Source: Gammaproteobacteria bacterium (GTDB lineage: Bacteria > Pseudomonadota > Gammaproteobacteria > Nevskiales > Nevskiaceae). Taken from it: a DNA stretch of 64,000 bases. The stretch spans positions 4,940 through 68,939 of the forward strand of contig JAGWMX010000002.1 in assembly GCA_028871525.1 (NCBI GenBank), read 5' to 3'. How positions within the stretch are numbered: position 1 is the first letter of the stretch; each line of letters begins with the position of its first letter. Shown here in pieces: positions 1-9,726 of the stretch. The position numbers and the translations under genes are program-made. The notes below the pieces were generated by a model. The model saw only the letters and a program-made list of their open reading frames with translations, searched no databases and had not been told where the DNA came from.

Positions 1-265
1 CACCCCGCCGAAAGCGGCCGTCACCGACAAGCCGCGGGGTGTCGGCGCGGCCTCCAGGGGCTCCGTTGACGAGCGGATGCAGCGGCCATCGTCCTGCGTG
101 ACGCCAGCGCGAGTGAAAATCCATTATCGTGCGAGAATACCCCGCCCGGCCGCACTGATCGGCGTCGCGCAGCCATATTCGCCGCGCTCAACCGCTCACC
201 GCCGACCAGCTATGATTCGCTGATTCGCCGCAAGCGCATCACCGGCCGCCGGGCAAGCGCAAACG

Positions 266-763
266 ATGAACGCAGTCGCCTACTTTCAGACGCTGAGCCG
301 CTACCACCGCTGGGCCTACCGTCGCCTGTACGCCGTCGCCGGTCAGCTCGGCGAAGCGGACTACCGCCGGGATTGCGGGCTGTTTTTCGGCAGCATCCAC
401 GCCACGCTCAACCACCTGTTGCTGGTCGACCGATTGTGGATCGGGCGCTTGCAGGGAGAACCGTTCGAGGTGACCGGGCTGGATCAGGAACTGGTGGCCG
501 AGCGTGGTGCGCTCGAGCGTTCGATCGACGCACACTGCGCGAAGATCGAACATTTCGTCGACGGACTCGACGATGCGCGCCTGAGCGGCGCTCTGGCGTA
601 CCGCAGCACCAAGGGCCTGCCGTTCGAACAACCGTTCGTGCTGCTGCTGGGACACGTTTTCAACCACGCCACCCACCATCGCGGCCAGGTCTCGGCGGCG
701 CTGACCCGTCTGGGCCTGAAAGCGCCGGTGATGGATCTGCCGTATTACCTGCTGGAAACGTGA
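266..763 (+). CDS. DinB family protein
   Basis: 165-aa ORF with DinB-like His-containing helices (HATLNHLLLVDRLW ... HVFNHATHHRGQ). Confidence 0.75.
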   Translation: MNAVAYFQTLSRYHRWAYRRLYAVAGQLGEADYRRDCGLFFGSIHATLNHLLLVDRLWIGRLQGEPFEVTGLDQELVAERGALERSIDAHCAKIEHFVDGLDDARLSGALAYRSTKGLPFEQPFVLLLGHVFNHATHHRGQVSAALTRLGLKAPVMDLPYYLLET

Positions 764-840
764 AAGCGCCGCCTGAGCGGCTGTCCGCGCGGCCGGCCCG
801 CTCACCCATGCACGGCGCGGAACCGGGCGGCTGCCGCCGG

Positions 841-3126
841 TCAGCGACGCAGCAGTCTGGCCGCTTGATCGAGCCGGTCGCTGTAACGATCGATCGCCTC
901 GGCGGTGACCGTCGAATAACGGTCAGCCTGCGACCACAGCCGCTGCTCGATCGTCTCGCGCACCGCCGGCAGGGTTTTGACACCGTAGCCGGTATAGCGC
1001 CCGGGCGCGTAGATCAGGTGCTCGAACCAGGGCCGACCGGGCAGGCCGCCGGCATCCAGAAGCGTCTGCTCCATTCCCCGCAGCAGGTCGTCGAGCCGGG
1101 CCTTCGGCACGTCCAGACCCGCCGTCGCAGCCTCGTCGTAGGCCCGATCGTAGGCAGCGGCGCTGCGTTTGAGACGCACCAGCGCGTTGTCCAACGGCGA
1201 CAGATTCAGGTACGGCACCGCGCTTTCGCGCGCCGGCGGTCCGACCGGCCGCGTCGGATCGGTGGCCAACCGGAAAGCGTCGGCGTCGAGCAGGGTTTCC
1301 AGCGTCTGGCTCCGCCCGCGCTCGCGATCGGCCAGTTGATGCAGCTCTTTCACGTAACGGCCGATGGCCTCGGCCACCGCGGCAAAGCGCAGCGGCAGCA
1401 CGTCGGCGTCGGCCACGCGCAGCATGGTGTGGCCGGCGGTCTTGGCCAGCGTCACGCCGTAGGCGAAGTCCGGGTCGCCGAAACGCAGATAGTGGTCGAA
1501 CGAGTCGTAGCGCGAGTGGTAGATGCCGGCGTCGTCGTCCTCGCCGCCGTACTCCAGACTCAGCGTGGTGATGCCCAGATGCTGCAGGAACGAGCTGTAG
1601 TCGGAACCGGAGCCGAGCGCGGCCAGCGGCAGATCGCCGCCGGTCGCGGCGATTTTCGCCAGGCGCTTGGCCTCGTCCTTGGCCCCCTTCTCGAAGCCGT
1701 TCACCTCCAGTCTGGCGCGCAGCCGCCGGCGCACGGAAACACCCATCTCCGGATCGGTAATGCCAGCCGCCACCTGGTTGACCAGCGCCTGCAGCGCATG
1801 GCTGCCGCCGGCGTCGAGGAACCCACGCGCGTTGGTGTCGGAATTGACGTACAACACCGCGTGTTTCTTCAGCTCGGCGGCGTGCTCTTCGGTCCATTCG
1901 GTCGAACCGATCAGGCCCGGCTCCTCGGCATCCCAGCTGGCGTAGATCAGCGTGCGCTTCGGCCGCCAGCCGGTCTTGAGCAGGCCGCCGATGGCCTTGG
2001 CCTCGGCCAGCAGAGCGATGTTGCCAGCCAGCGGATCCCAGGCACCGAAGGTCCAGCCGTCATGATGGTTGCCGCGGATGACCCACTGGTCCGGATAGGT
2101 GCCGCCCTCGATCCTGGCAATCACGTCGTAGATCGGCTTCCGGCTCCAATCCGAGGCGACCGCCAGGTGCACCCTGGCCGGGCCGGCGCCGACGTGATAA
2201 GTGATCGGCAGCGCCCCGCGCCAACCCTCCGGCGCCACCGGGCCGCCGAGCGCCGCCAGCAGCGGCCGGGCGTCGGCGGCGGAGATCGGCAGCACCGGGA
2301 TCTTGAGGATGTTCTTGACCTCATTCAGCGGCAGCCGCTTGGCGTCCTTGGTGGCGCCGATGCCGGGCGTCAGCGGATCGCCCGGGTAGACTTCCATCTT
2401 CTCCACCGAACCGCGCTGCACGCCAGCGGCCGGCCGCCAACCGCCCTTCGGATAGGCGTCGCCGCGCCAGTAGCCATCGTCCTTCGGGTCGGAATAGATG
2501 ATGCAGCCGATGGCGCCGTGCTGCTGCGCCAGCTCCGGCTTCAGCCCGCGCCAGCCGCCGCCGTAGCGGGCGACGGCGATCCTGCCCTTCACGCTGACAC
2601 CGAGCCGGGCCAGCATCTTGTAGTCGTCCGGCATGCCGTAATTGACATAGACCAGCTCGCCGGTGACGTCGCCGTCGCCGCCATAGACGTTATACGGCGG
2701 CAGCGCGCCGGCGGCGGTGGAGGTGCGGTCGCCAGGGACCGGCGGTTCGCGCAGCGCAGCCTTGAACGCGGTCGGCGCAACCATCTCCAGCGTCTCGGAC
2801 TTCGGCGTCGGATACAGCACGTAGAAGGTTTCGAGATGCGCGTCCCAGCCCCAGGACTTGAACTGCGACAGCATCCATTCGGCGTTGACCTGGTCGTGCT
2901 TTGATCCGACCTGGTTCGGCGCCGAGGACATCCGCCGGAGCCAGGCGCGCAGGTCAGCCGGACTGAGCTGCGCATCGAAACGCTGCTCCAGCAGCGCTTG
3001 CCGCTGCGCAGCGGCGGCGCTGAAACCGAGCATCGGCGGCGATGGGGCATCGCCGGACGCCGCCGCCGAAACCGCTGCGGCAACGCCGAGCACGCCGGCA
3101 CCGACCGTCCACAGAACCTGACGCAT
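841..3126 (-). CDS. Secreted M28 family metallopeptidase with PA and TfR-like dimerisation domains (glutamate carboxypeptidase II-like)
   Basis: The real start is taken at the internal ATG at 3126 (MRQVLWTVGAGVLGVAAAVSAAAS signal peptide). M28 zinc-ligand contexts are present (GNHHDGWTFGAWDPLAG and SWDAEEPGLIGSTEW). The longer 878-aa ORF prefix is low-complexity. Confidence 0.8.
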   Translation of the reverse strand: MRQVLWTVGAGVLGVAAAVSAAASGDAPSPPMLGFSAAAAQRQALLEQRFDAQLSPADLRAWLRRMSSAPNQVGSKHDQVNAEWMLSQFKSWGWDAHLETFYVLYPTPKSETLEMVAPTAFKAALREPPVPGDRTSTAAGALPPYNVYGGDGDVTGELVYVNYGMPDDYKMLARLGVSVKGRIAVARYGGGWRGLKPELAQQHGAIGCIIYSDPKDDGYWRGDAYPKGGWRPAAGVQRGSVEKMEVYPGDPLTPGIGATKDAKRLPLNEVKNILKIPVLPISAADARPLLAALGGPVAPEGWRGALPITYHVGAGPARVHLAVASDWSRKPIYDVIARIEGGTYPDQWVIRGNHHDGWTFGAWDPLAGNIALLAEAKAIGGLLKTGWRPKRTLIYASWDAEEPGLIGSTEWTEEHAAELKKHAVLYVNSDTNARGFLDAGGSHALQALVNQVAAGITDPEMGVSVRRRLRARLEVNGFEKGAKDEAKRLAKIAATGGDLPLAALGSGSDYSSFLQHLGITTLSLEYGGEDDDAGIYHSRYDSFDHYLRFGDPDFAYGVTLAKTAGHTMLRVADADVLPLRFAAVAEAIGRYVKELHQLADRERGRSQTLETLLDADAFRLATDPTRPVGPPARESAVPYLNLSPLDNALVRLKRSAAAYDRAYDEAATAGLDVPKARLDDLLRGMEQTLLDAGGLPGRPWFEHLIYAPGRYTGYGVKTLPAVRETIEQRLWSQADRYSTVTAEAIDRYSDRLDQAARLLRR

Positions 3127-3234
3127 CGCAACTCCCCGTTTCGGTTTTCCGGCATGATAGCCGCGATCGCAGTCGGTGCAGAAGCGGGCCTGACCGTGGC
3201 ATGCTGGCGTCTCAGCTCCTGAACCGTCGGGATC

Positions 3235-3654
3235 ATGACTTATTTCTGGATCAAAACTTTCCATCTGGTGTTCGTCATCGCTTGGATGGCGGCAGTGTTC
3301 TATCTGCCGCGCATCCTGGTCAACATCGCCGAATGCGGCGACCAGCCCGCGGTGCGGCAACAGTTGGAGCTGATGGGTCGAAGGCTGTACCGCTTCGGCC
3401 ACACCATGTTCGGCCTGGCGTTCGCCTTCGGCCTGGTGCTGTGGCTGTACTTCCACATCGCCGGCGCCTGGCTGCACCTCAAGCTCGTGCTGGTGGCTGT
3501 GCTGCTGGCGTACTATGTCTCCGCCGGCCGGATGCTCAAGGCCAGCGCTCGCGGCCGAGTGCTGCCCAGTGGACGCTGGCTGCGCTGGTTCAACGAAATC
3601 CCGCTGCTGCTGCTGATCGCCATCGTGTACCTGGTGATCGCCAAGCCGTTCTGA
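3235..3654 (+). CDS. hemJ: Protoporphyrinogen IX oxidase HemJ (UPF0093/CopD-like membrane protein)
   Basis: 139-aa multi-TM ORF with an N-terminus typical of HemJ (WIKTFHLVFVIAWMAAVFYLPRILV). Confidence 0.7.
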   Translation: MTYFWIKTFHLVFVIAWMAAVFYLPRILVNIAECGDQPAVRQQLELMGRRLYRFGHTMFGLAFAFGLVLWLYFHIAGAWLHLKLVLVAVLLAYYVSAGRMLKASARGRVLPSGRWLRWFNEIPLLLLIAIVYLVIAKPF

Positions 3655-3790
3655 GGCACCATTGCGGCATCGATCGCGCAGCGGGCCGCACCGGCGGCGA
3701 AAACAGCGGGCAGGCCATCATTGCGACAAAGTTGCAAAAAAACCTGTAGGCGGGGGCGTGCACACAACGCCGCCGGGGAGAAAACCGAAG

Positions 3791-6235
3791 ATGAGAGCTT
3801 CCATCCGGGTTGCCAGTTTGTGCCTGCTCGGCCTGCTGTCGGCCCTGCCGTCGCCCGTGCGGGCCACCGACGCGCTCAAACGCATCGGGGACTTCACCGC
3901 CGGCATGCAGCGCATGGACGGCTTACTGCCGCTGTACTGGGACGCCGCCGGCGGCAAGCTGTACCTGGAACTGCCGCACCCCGGCGAGCAGCTGCTGTTC
4001 TTCACCACGCTGACCCAGGGGCTGGGCTCCAACGACGTGGGCCTGGACCGCGGCCAGGTCGCCGACGCCAAGCTGGTGCGCTTGGAGCGCATCGGGCCGA
4101 AGGTATTGCTGGTGCAGCCGAATCAGGCGTTTCGTGCCGACAGCGACGATCCGGACGAACGGCTGGCGACCGAGCAGTCCTTCGCCAGCTCGGTACTGTG
4201 GGGTTTCAAAGTCGTCGCCGTCAGCGGACAGCGGGTGCTGGTGGACGCCACCGGTTTTGTGGTCCGCGACGGCCACGGCGCGATCGACGCGCTGGCCAAG
4301 GCCAAGCAGGGCAAGTTCAAGCTGGACGCCTCCCGTAGCGACGTCTACCTGCCGGGCACCAAGGCGTTTCCGCGCAACAGCGAGATGGAGGCGATCCTGA
4401 CGCTGGACTACGACGACAAAAGCCAGCCGGGTGAATACGTACGCGACGTCACGCCGACCCCCACCGCGATCACCCTGCGCGAGCGCTACTCCTTCGTCGC
4501 GCTGCCGCCGCCGGGATACATGCCGCGCGTCAGCGTGCCGGGCGACGGTTATTTCGAGATCGCCTACGCCGACTACGCGGCGCCGCTCGGCGTGCCGCTG
4601 GTCAAGCACTTCATCGAGCGCCAGCGGCTGACCAAGAAGAACCCCGGCGCGGCGCTCAGCGATCCGGTCGAGCCGATCGTCTACTACCTGGACCGCGGCG
4701 CACCCGAGCCGATCCGCCAGGCGCTGCTGACCGGCGCCCGCTGGTGGAACCAGGCCTTCACCGCCGCCGGCTACCGCGACGCCTTCCGCGTCGAGCTGCT
4801 GCCGAAGGGCGTGGACCCGATGGACGCGCGCTACAACGTGATCCAGTGGGTGCACCGCGCCACCCGCGGCTGGAGCTACGGCGCGTCGATCGTCGATCCG
4901 CGCACCGGCGAGATCATCAAGGCCAACATCACGCTCGGCTCGCTGCGCGCGCGCTACGACTACCTGCTGGCCGAGGGTCTGCTGTCGCCCTACACCCGGC
5001 CCGGCCAGATCCCCGGCGCCTTGCAGCGTTTCGCCATGGCACGGCTGTCGCAACTGGCGGCCCACGAACTCGGACACACGCTGGGCCTGGCCCATAACTA
5101 CATCGCCAGCACCGAGAAGCGCGCCTCGGTGATGGATTACCCGGTGCCGCTGATCAGCCTGACCCCCGGCGGCGAGCTGGATCTTGCCAACGCCTACGCC
5201 ACCGGCATCGGCGCCTGGGACAAGGTGACCATCGACTACGGCTACCAGGACTTCCCGGCCGGCACCGACACCGCGACGGCGCTCGACAAAATCCTGACCG
5301 ACGCGCGCGCCCGCGGCCTGCACTTCATGACCGACCAGGACGCGCGCCCGGCCGGCGCCGCCGATCCGCAGGTCAACCTGTGGGACAACGGCGTCGACAT
5401 GGCTGCGGAGCTGCGCCACGTGATGAAGGTGCGCGCGGTGGCGCTGCAGCACTTCGGCGCCAATGCGATCCGCCGCGGCATGCCGTTGGCGACGATCGAA
5501 GACGCGCTGGTGCCGATCTATCTGTTTCATCGTTACCAGGTCGACGCCACCGCCAAGACTCTCGGCGGACTGGAATACGACTACGCGCTGCGCGGCGACG
5601 GCCAGCGGCCGACCACGCCGGTGTCCGCGAAACGGCAGCTCGAGGCGCTGGACGCGCTGCTGACCACGCTGGCGCCGGAGGCGCTGGCGCTGCCGCCTTC
5701 GCTGATCGCGCAGATCCCGCCGCGCCCGCCCGGCTATCCGTTCACCCGCGAGCTGTTCGCGCGCTACACCGGCCTGACGTTCGATCCGCTGACGCCGGCC
5801 GCCACCGCCGCGGACCTGACGCTGATCAACCTGCTGCAGCCCCAGCGCGACGCGCGGCTGGTCGAACAGCACGCGATGGACCCGTCGCTGCCAGGCCTGG
5901 CACAGGTCGTCGACCGGCTGATCGCCGCGACTTTCGATACCCGCGCGACCGACGGGTACCGGGCCGAGATCCTGCGCGCCGAGCAGACGCTGCTGGTGCA
6001 GCATCTGATGGATCTGGCCGCCGACGCCGACATGCCGCAGGTGCGCGCGGTGGCGGCGCTCAAGCTCGACCAGTTACGCCGCCGTGCCGCCGCGGCCAAA
6101 GGCGGCGACGAGGCCGAGCAGGCGCACCGCTTCGCGCTGGCCTCGGCCATCCGGCGTTTCGAAAAACGCCCGGCCGGCGCCAGCCCGCTGCCCAAGGCGC
6201 CGGTTACGCCGCCCGGCAGTCCGCTGGGCGATTAG
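3791..6235 (+). CDS. Secreted zinc-dependent metalloprotease (HExxH; DUF5117/DUF4953-like)
   Basis: ATG at 3791 follows GGGGAG. A signal peptide is present (MRASIRVASLCLLGLLSALPSPVRA), as is the motif HELGHTLGLAHN...SVMDY. Confidence 0.75.
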   Translation: MRASIRVASLCLLGLLSALPSPVRATDALKRIGDFTAGMQRMDGLLPLYWDAAGGKLYLELPHPGEQLLFFTTLTQGLGSNDVGLDRGQVADAKLVRLERIGPKVLLVQPNQAFRADSDDPDERLATEQSFASSVLWGFKVVAVSGQRVLVDATGFVVRDGHGAIDALAKAKQGKFKLDASRSDVYLPGTKAFPRNSEMEAILTLDYDDKSQPGEYVRDVTPTPTAITLRERYSFVALPPPGYMPRVSVPGDGYFEIAYADYAAPLGVPLVKHFIERQRLTKKNPGAALSDPVEPIVYYLDRGAPEPIRQALLTGARWWNQAFTAAGYRDAFRVELLPKGVDPMDARYNVIQWVHRATRGWSYGASIVDPRTGEIIKANITLGSLRARYDYLLAEGLLSPYTRPGQIPGALQRFAMARLSQLAAHELGHTLGLAHNYIASTEKRASVMDYPVPLISLTPGGELDLANAYATGIGAWDKVTIDYGYQDFPAGTDTATALDKILTDARARGLHFMTDQDARPAGAADPQVNLWDNGVDMAAELRHVMKVRAVALQHFGANAIRRGMPLATIEDALVPIYLFHRYQVDATAKTLGGLEYDYALRGDGQRPTTPVSAKRQLEALDALLTTLAPEALALPPSLIAQIPPRPPGYPFTRELFARYTGLTFDPLTPAATAADLTLINLLQPQRDARLVEQHAMDPSLPGLAQVVDRLIAATFDTRATDGYRAEILRAEQTLLVQHLMDLAADADMPQVRAVAALKLDQLRRRAAAAKGGDEAEQAHRFALASAIRRFEKRPAGASPLPKAPVTPPGSPLGD

Positions 6236-6268
6236 GCGGCAAAGCTTTACCTTTCTTTGGAGTGATCC

Positions 6269-9247
6269 ATGCGCATTCGCAGCTTGCTATGCGTGCTGGC
6301 CGCAGGCGGCCTGAGTTCGCTGGCGCTGGCCGCGGCGGCCGGCGTCTACGCCCGCGATCCGAACCAGCCGATCGACCGCGCTTACACCGACGCCATCGCG
6401 CGCGACACGACCGCTCCCGAGTTCAACTCGCCGCTGACCGACTACCTGCCGGCGTCGCGCACCGTACCGACGCCGCTTAAGGTGCTCGGGCATATCGCGG
6501 GCGCGCGCGACTGGCTGCCGTATTCGGCCGACGTGTATCGCTATTTCCGCGCGCTGGCCGCGGCCAGCCCCCGGGTGCGGGTGTTTTCGATCGGCAGAAC
6601 CGAGGAAGGCCGCGAGATGATCGCGGTGGCGGTGGCCGACGCCCGGTTGCTCGACGACCAGGCCGCCAACCAGGCGCGGTTGGCGCAGCTCGCCGATCCG
6701 CGGCGCATCGGCATGGACGACGCCAGGGCCGACGCGCTGGTGGCACAGACCACGCCGGTCTACTACATCACCGGCGCCATCCATTCCGACGAGACCGGCG
6801 CCCCGACCGCGCTGATGGAGCTGGCCTACCGGCTGGCGGTGGACGACGCTCCCTACATTCGCGACATCCGCGAGCACGTGATCACGCTGATCACGCCGAT
6901 CGTCGAAGTCGACGGCCGCGACCGCATGGTGGACCTCTACAACTGGCACCGCGCGCATCCCAAGGATCACTACCCGCCGCTGGAGTACTGGGGCCACTAC
7001 GTCGCCCACGACAACAACCGCGACGCGATGGCGATGACGCTGGATCTCACCCGCAACGTGGCCGACACCTACATCGGCTGGCACGCGCAGGTGCTGCACG
7101 ACCTGCACGAGTCGGTGCCGTTCTTCTACGACAACACCGTCGGCGACGGCCCGTACAACGCCTGGATCGACCCGATCCTGACCGGCGAGTGGCAGGCCCT
7201 GGGCTGGGACAACGTGCAGGAGATGACCAAGCTGGGCATGCCCGGCGTGTTCACCCACGGCGACTTCGACACCTGGAGCCCCGGCTACTTGATGTTCATC
7301 GCCGCGATGCACAACGGCATCAGCCGTCTGTACGAAACGTTCGGCAACGGCGGCGCCGACACCGAAAAACGCATCCTCACGCCGGATGAATACGCCCGCA
7401 CCTGGTACAAACCCAACCCGCCGTTGCCGGAAGTCACCTGGTCGGCGCGCGACAACAACAACTACGAGGAAACCGGCCTGCTGATCGCGCTGCACTACTT
7501 CGCCGACCACCGCGCGCTGTTCCTGAAAAACTTCTATCTGAAAGCCAAGCGCTCGATCGAAAAACCCTATCACGCCGGCCCGGCCGCCTACCTGCTGCCG
7601 GCCGACGACGTGCGCGCCGCCTCCCAGGCCGCGCTGCTGCGCGTGCTGCAGCGCCAGCACGTGGAGATCCGCCGTCTGGACGCCGCCGTGACCGTGAACC
7701 TGGCCTCGGACCAGAACCGCGACCCGGCCGCCGCACAGTCCGCCGGCCCGCCGCCCGCCGCCGACCGAACCTTCCCGGCCGGCAGCTACGTGGTGCGCAT
7801 GGACCAGCCCTACTCGCGCGTCGCCGACGCGCTGCTCGACCGCCAATACTGGTCGCCGGACGATCCGCAGCAGCATCCATACGACGACACCGGCTGGACT
7901 TTCGGCCCGCTGTTCAACGTCGAGGTGGTCCGCGTGACCGATACCAAGATCCTCGCGGCGCCGATGCACCTGGTACCGGCACCGTTGCCGTCGCCGGGCC
8001 GGGTCGAAGGAAACGGCCGATTTTGGCTGGTTGCCAACCACGCGCAACCGCAACTGATCCAGTTGCGCTACGCGCTGCCACACGCCAGCGTGCGTTCCAC
8101 CGACACCGCGTTCGATCGCCTGGGCCGACACTACCCCACCGGCAGCCTGGTGATCAGCGGCGTCGATCGCAACACGCTGGCCGCCGCCGTCGACGCCGCC
8201 GGCCTGTCGGCGCAAGCGGCACCAGTGGCTCCGCCGGTGTCCACCCACCCGGTCGGCCTGCCGCGGATCGCGCTGATGCACACCTGGCTGGATACGCAGA
8301 CCGAAGGCTGGTGGCGCATGGCGCTGGATCGCCTGCACATCCCCTACGCCTACATCAGCACCCAGGACGCGGCCCGGCAGGCCGACCTGCGCAGTCGCTA
8401 CGACGTGATCCTGTTCCCGCCGGTCGGAAACGGCGTCAGCCCGCAGACGATCGTCGACGGCCTGCCGATGTGGGGCAACCCGATGCCGTGGAAGAAAACC
8501 GCGCTGACGCCGAACCTCGGACGGATCGACTCCACCGACGACGTCCGCCCCGGCCTCGGCGCGGCGGGGCTGGCCAACCTGCGACGCTTCGTCGACGGCG
8601 GCGGCCTGCTGGTGACCAGCCAGGACACCGCGCGCCTGGCGCTCGAACGGGGGCTGGCGCCCGGCGTGTTCGTGGCCGATACGCCGAAAGTGCGGGTGGT
8701 CGGCAGCGTGCTGCAGGCACGCTTCGTCGACGGCGCCGGCCCGGTCGCCGACGGCTACGACGACACTCTGGCCGTCTACAGCGCGCACGGCATGAGCTTC
8801 ACCCTCAGCAACCTGGTCAGCGGCAGCGACGACCTACCCAACGCCGCCGACTACCGGCGGCCCACCGGCCGCGGCGGCCCCGACGCACCGGACGTACCGC
8901 AGGGCCGCCGCTACGTCCCGCCGCCGCCGCTGCCGGACGCCAAGCCCTGGCAGGCGCTGCCGCTCAACGACGAACAGGTGCGCAACAACCCCTTCGTGAT
9001 TCCGCCGGACCAACGCCCGCATACCATTCTGCGCTTCGCGCAGACCAAAGACCTGCTGGTCTCCGGCCTGCTGGCGGACGGCGATCAACTGGCCAAGCGC
9101 GCCGCCGTAGTCGACGCCCGCTACGGCAACGGCCACGTCCTGCTGTTCGCCATCGACCCGATCTGGCGCGGCGAAACCATCGGCAGCCAGGCGCTGGTCT
9201 TCAACGCGATTTTGCACCGCGATCGGCTTTCGTCGGAGCCGAAATAG
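6269..9247 (+). CDS. Large secreted M14-like zinc carboxypeptidase family protein
   Basis: 992-aa ORF with a signal peptide and an M14 HxxE context (IHSDETGAPTALMELAYRL). A GGAG sits upstream of the ATG. Confidence 0.65.
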   Translation: MRIRSLLCVLAAGGLSSLALAAAAGVYARDPNQPIDRAYTDAIARDTTAPEFNSPLTDYLPASRTVPTPLKVLGHIAGARDWLPYSADVYRYFRALAAASPRVRVFSIGRTEEGREMIAVAVADARLLDDQAANQARLAQLADPRRIGMDDARADALVAQTTPVYYITGAIHSDETGAPTALMELAYRLAVDDAPYIRDIREHVITLITPIVEVDGRDRMVDLYNWHRAHPKDHYPPLEYWGHYVAHDNNRDAMAMTLDLTRNVADTYIGWHAQVLHDLHESVPFFYDNTVGDGPYNAWIDPILTGEWQALGWDNVQEMTKLGMPGVFTHGDFDTWSPGYLMFIAAMHNGISRLYETFGNGGADTEKRILTPDEYARTWYKPNPPLPEVTWSARDNNNYEETGLLIALHYFADHRALFLKNFYLKAKRSIEKPYHAGPAAYLLPADDVRAASQAALLRVLQRQHVEIRRLDAAVTVNLASDQNRDPAAAQSAGPPPAADRTFPAGSYVVRMDQPYSRVADALLDRQYWSPDDPQQHPYDDTGWTFGPLFNVEVVRVTDTKILAAPMHLVPAPLPSPGRVEGNGRFWLVANHAQPQLIQLRYALPHASVRSTDTAFDRLGRHYPTGSLVISGVDRNTLAAAVDAAGLSAQAAPVAPPVSTHPVGLPRIALMHTWLDTQTEGWWRMALDRLHIPYAYISTQDAARQADLRSRYDVILFPPVGNGVSPQTIVDGLPMWGNPMPWKKTALTPNLGRIDSTDDVRPGLGAAGLANLRRFVDGGGLLVTSQDTARLALERGLAPGVFVADTPKVRVVGSVLQARFVDGAGPVADGYDDTLAVYSAHGMSFTLSNLVSGSDDLPNAADYRRPTGRGGPDAPDVPQGRRYVPPPPLPDAKPWQALPLNDEQVRNNPFVIPPDQRPHTILRFAQTKDLLVSGLLADGDQLAKRAAVVDARYGNGHVLLFAIDPIWRGETIGSQALVFNAILHRDRLSSEPK

Positions 9248-9308
9248 CACCGGACCGAACGCCGTTGTTGCCGAGCAAATCCACCGGGGAACCGGGGTCC
9301 GGGCCGGC

Positions 9309-9500
9309 AGCGTCACGTCGTTATGCCGTTGGTTTCTTTGTTTGGCGCTGGCGACGTTCTCCCACGAGCGCTGGGACGTGGGGCGCGTGTACGACGAGTT
9401 GAAAACGCGCCCCATCCAGCGCAGCCGCACACTGCACAGCAGAGCCCCAAACGGCGTTCGACGGGAATTCTACGGCTGGGTGTGGGTCGATTGCGCGGGG
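9309..9500 (+). mobile_element. IS4-family transposase C-terminal remnant (non-functional fragment)
   Basis: The translation ..VTSL....LATFSHERWDVGRVYDELKTRPIQRSRTLHSRAPNGVRREFYGWVWV resembles the C-terminal YREK region of IS4-type DDE transposases (LY..RW.IE..F.ELK...LRS..P..V.QE). There is no upstream DDE domain, and the conserved E appears replaced by G. Confidence 0.45.
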
Positions 9501-9726
9501 TACTGGCCTATGCAACAGCCGGCCGGCGCCCATCGACTACGCCGGCGCAGCCCTCCTTCACCGGTCACGTTCACCCGCTGCGCCCCGCTCAGCCGTGATG
9601 GGAGCCTTTTCCGCGCCGCGCAGGCTGGTACCGTACGGTCCAGGTCAAACCAATCGATCATGGTCACCAGACCGATGACCCAAATCTTATTCTCAAAAAT
9701 CGACCGGGCAAAGCTGCCGCCGCCCG

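Noticed and set aside
1-40. Inverted repeat caccccgc…gcggggtg at the window edge (possible terminator of an upstream gene)
   Set aside because: It sits at the sequence boundary with no visible upstream gene, so it cannot be evaluated.
373-2904. 843-aa plus-strand ORF overlapping the M28 peptidase gene
   Set aside because: It is Arg/Ala/Gly/Pro-rich low complexity with no recognisable motif. This is the typical antisense open frame of GC-rich DNA, and the opposite strand encodes a clearly recognisable peptidase.
3923-8788. Long minus-strand ORFs (3923-6004 and 6287-8788) antisense to the HExxH and M14 peptidase genes
   Set aside because: They have the same GC-rich antisense signature (runs of R, G, A, V, Q, D) with no motifs. 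The sense strands carry signal peptides and catalytic motifs.
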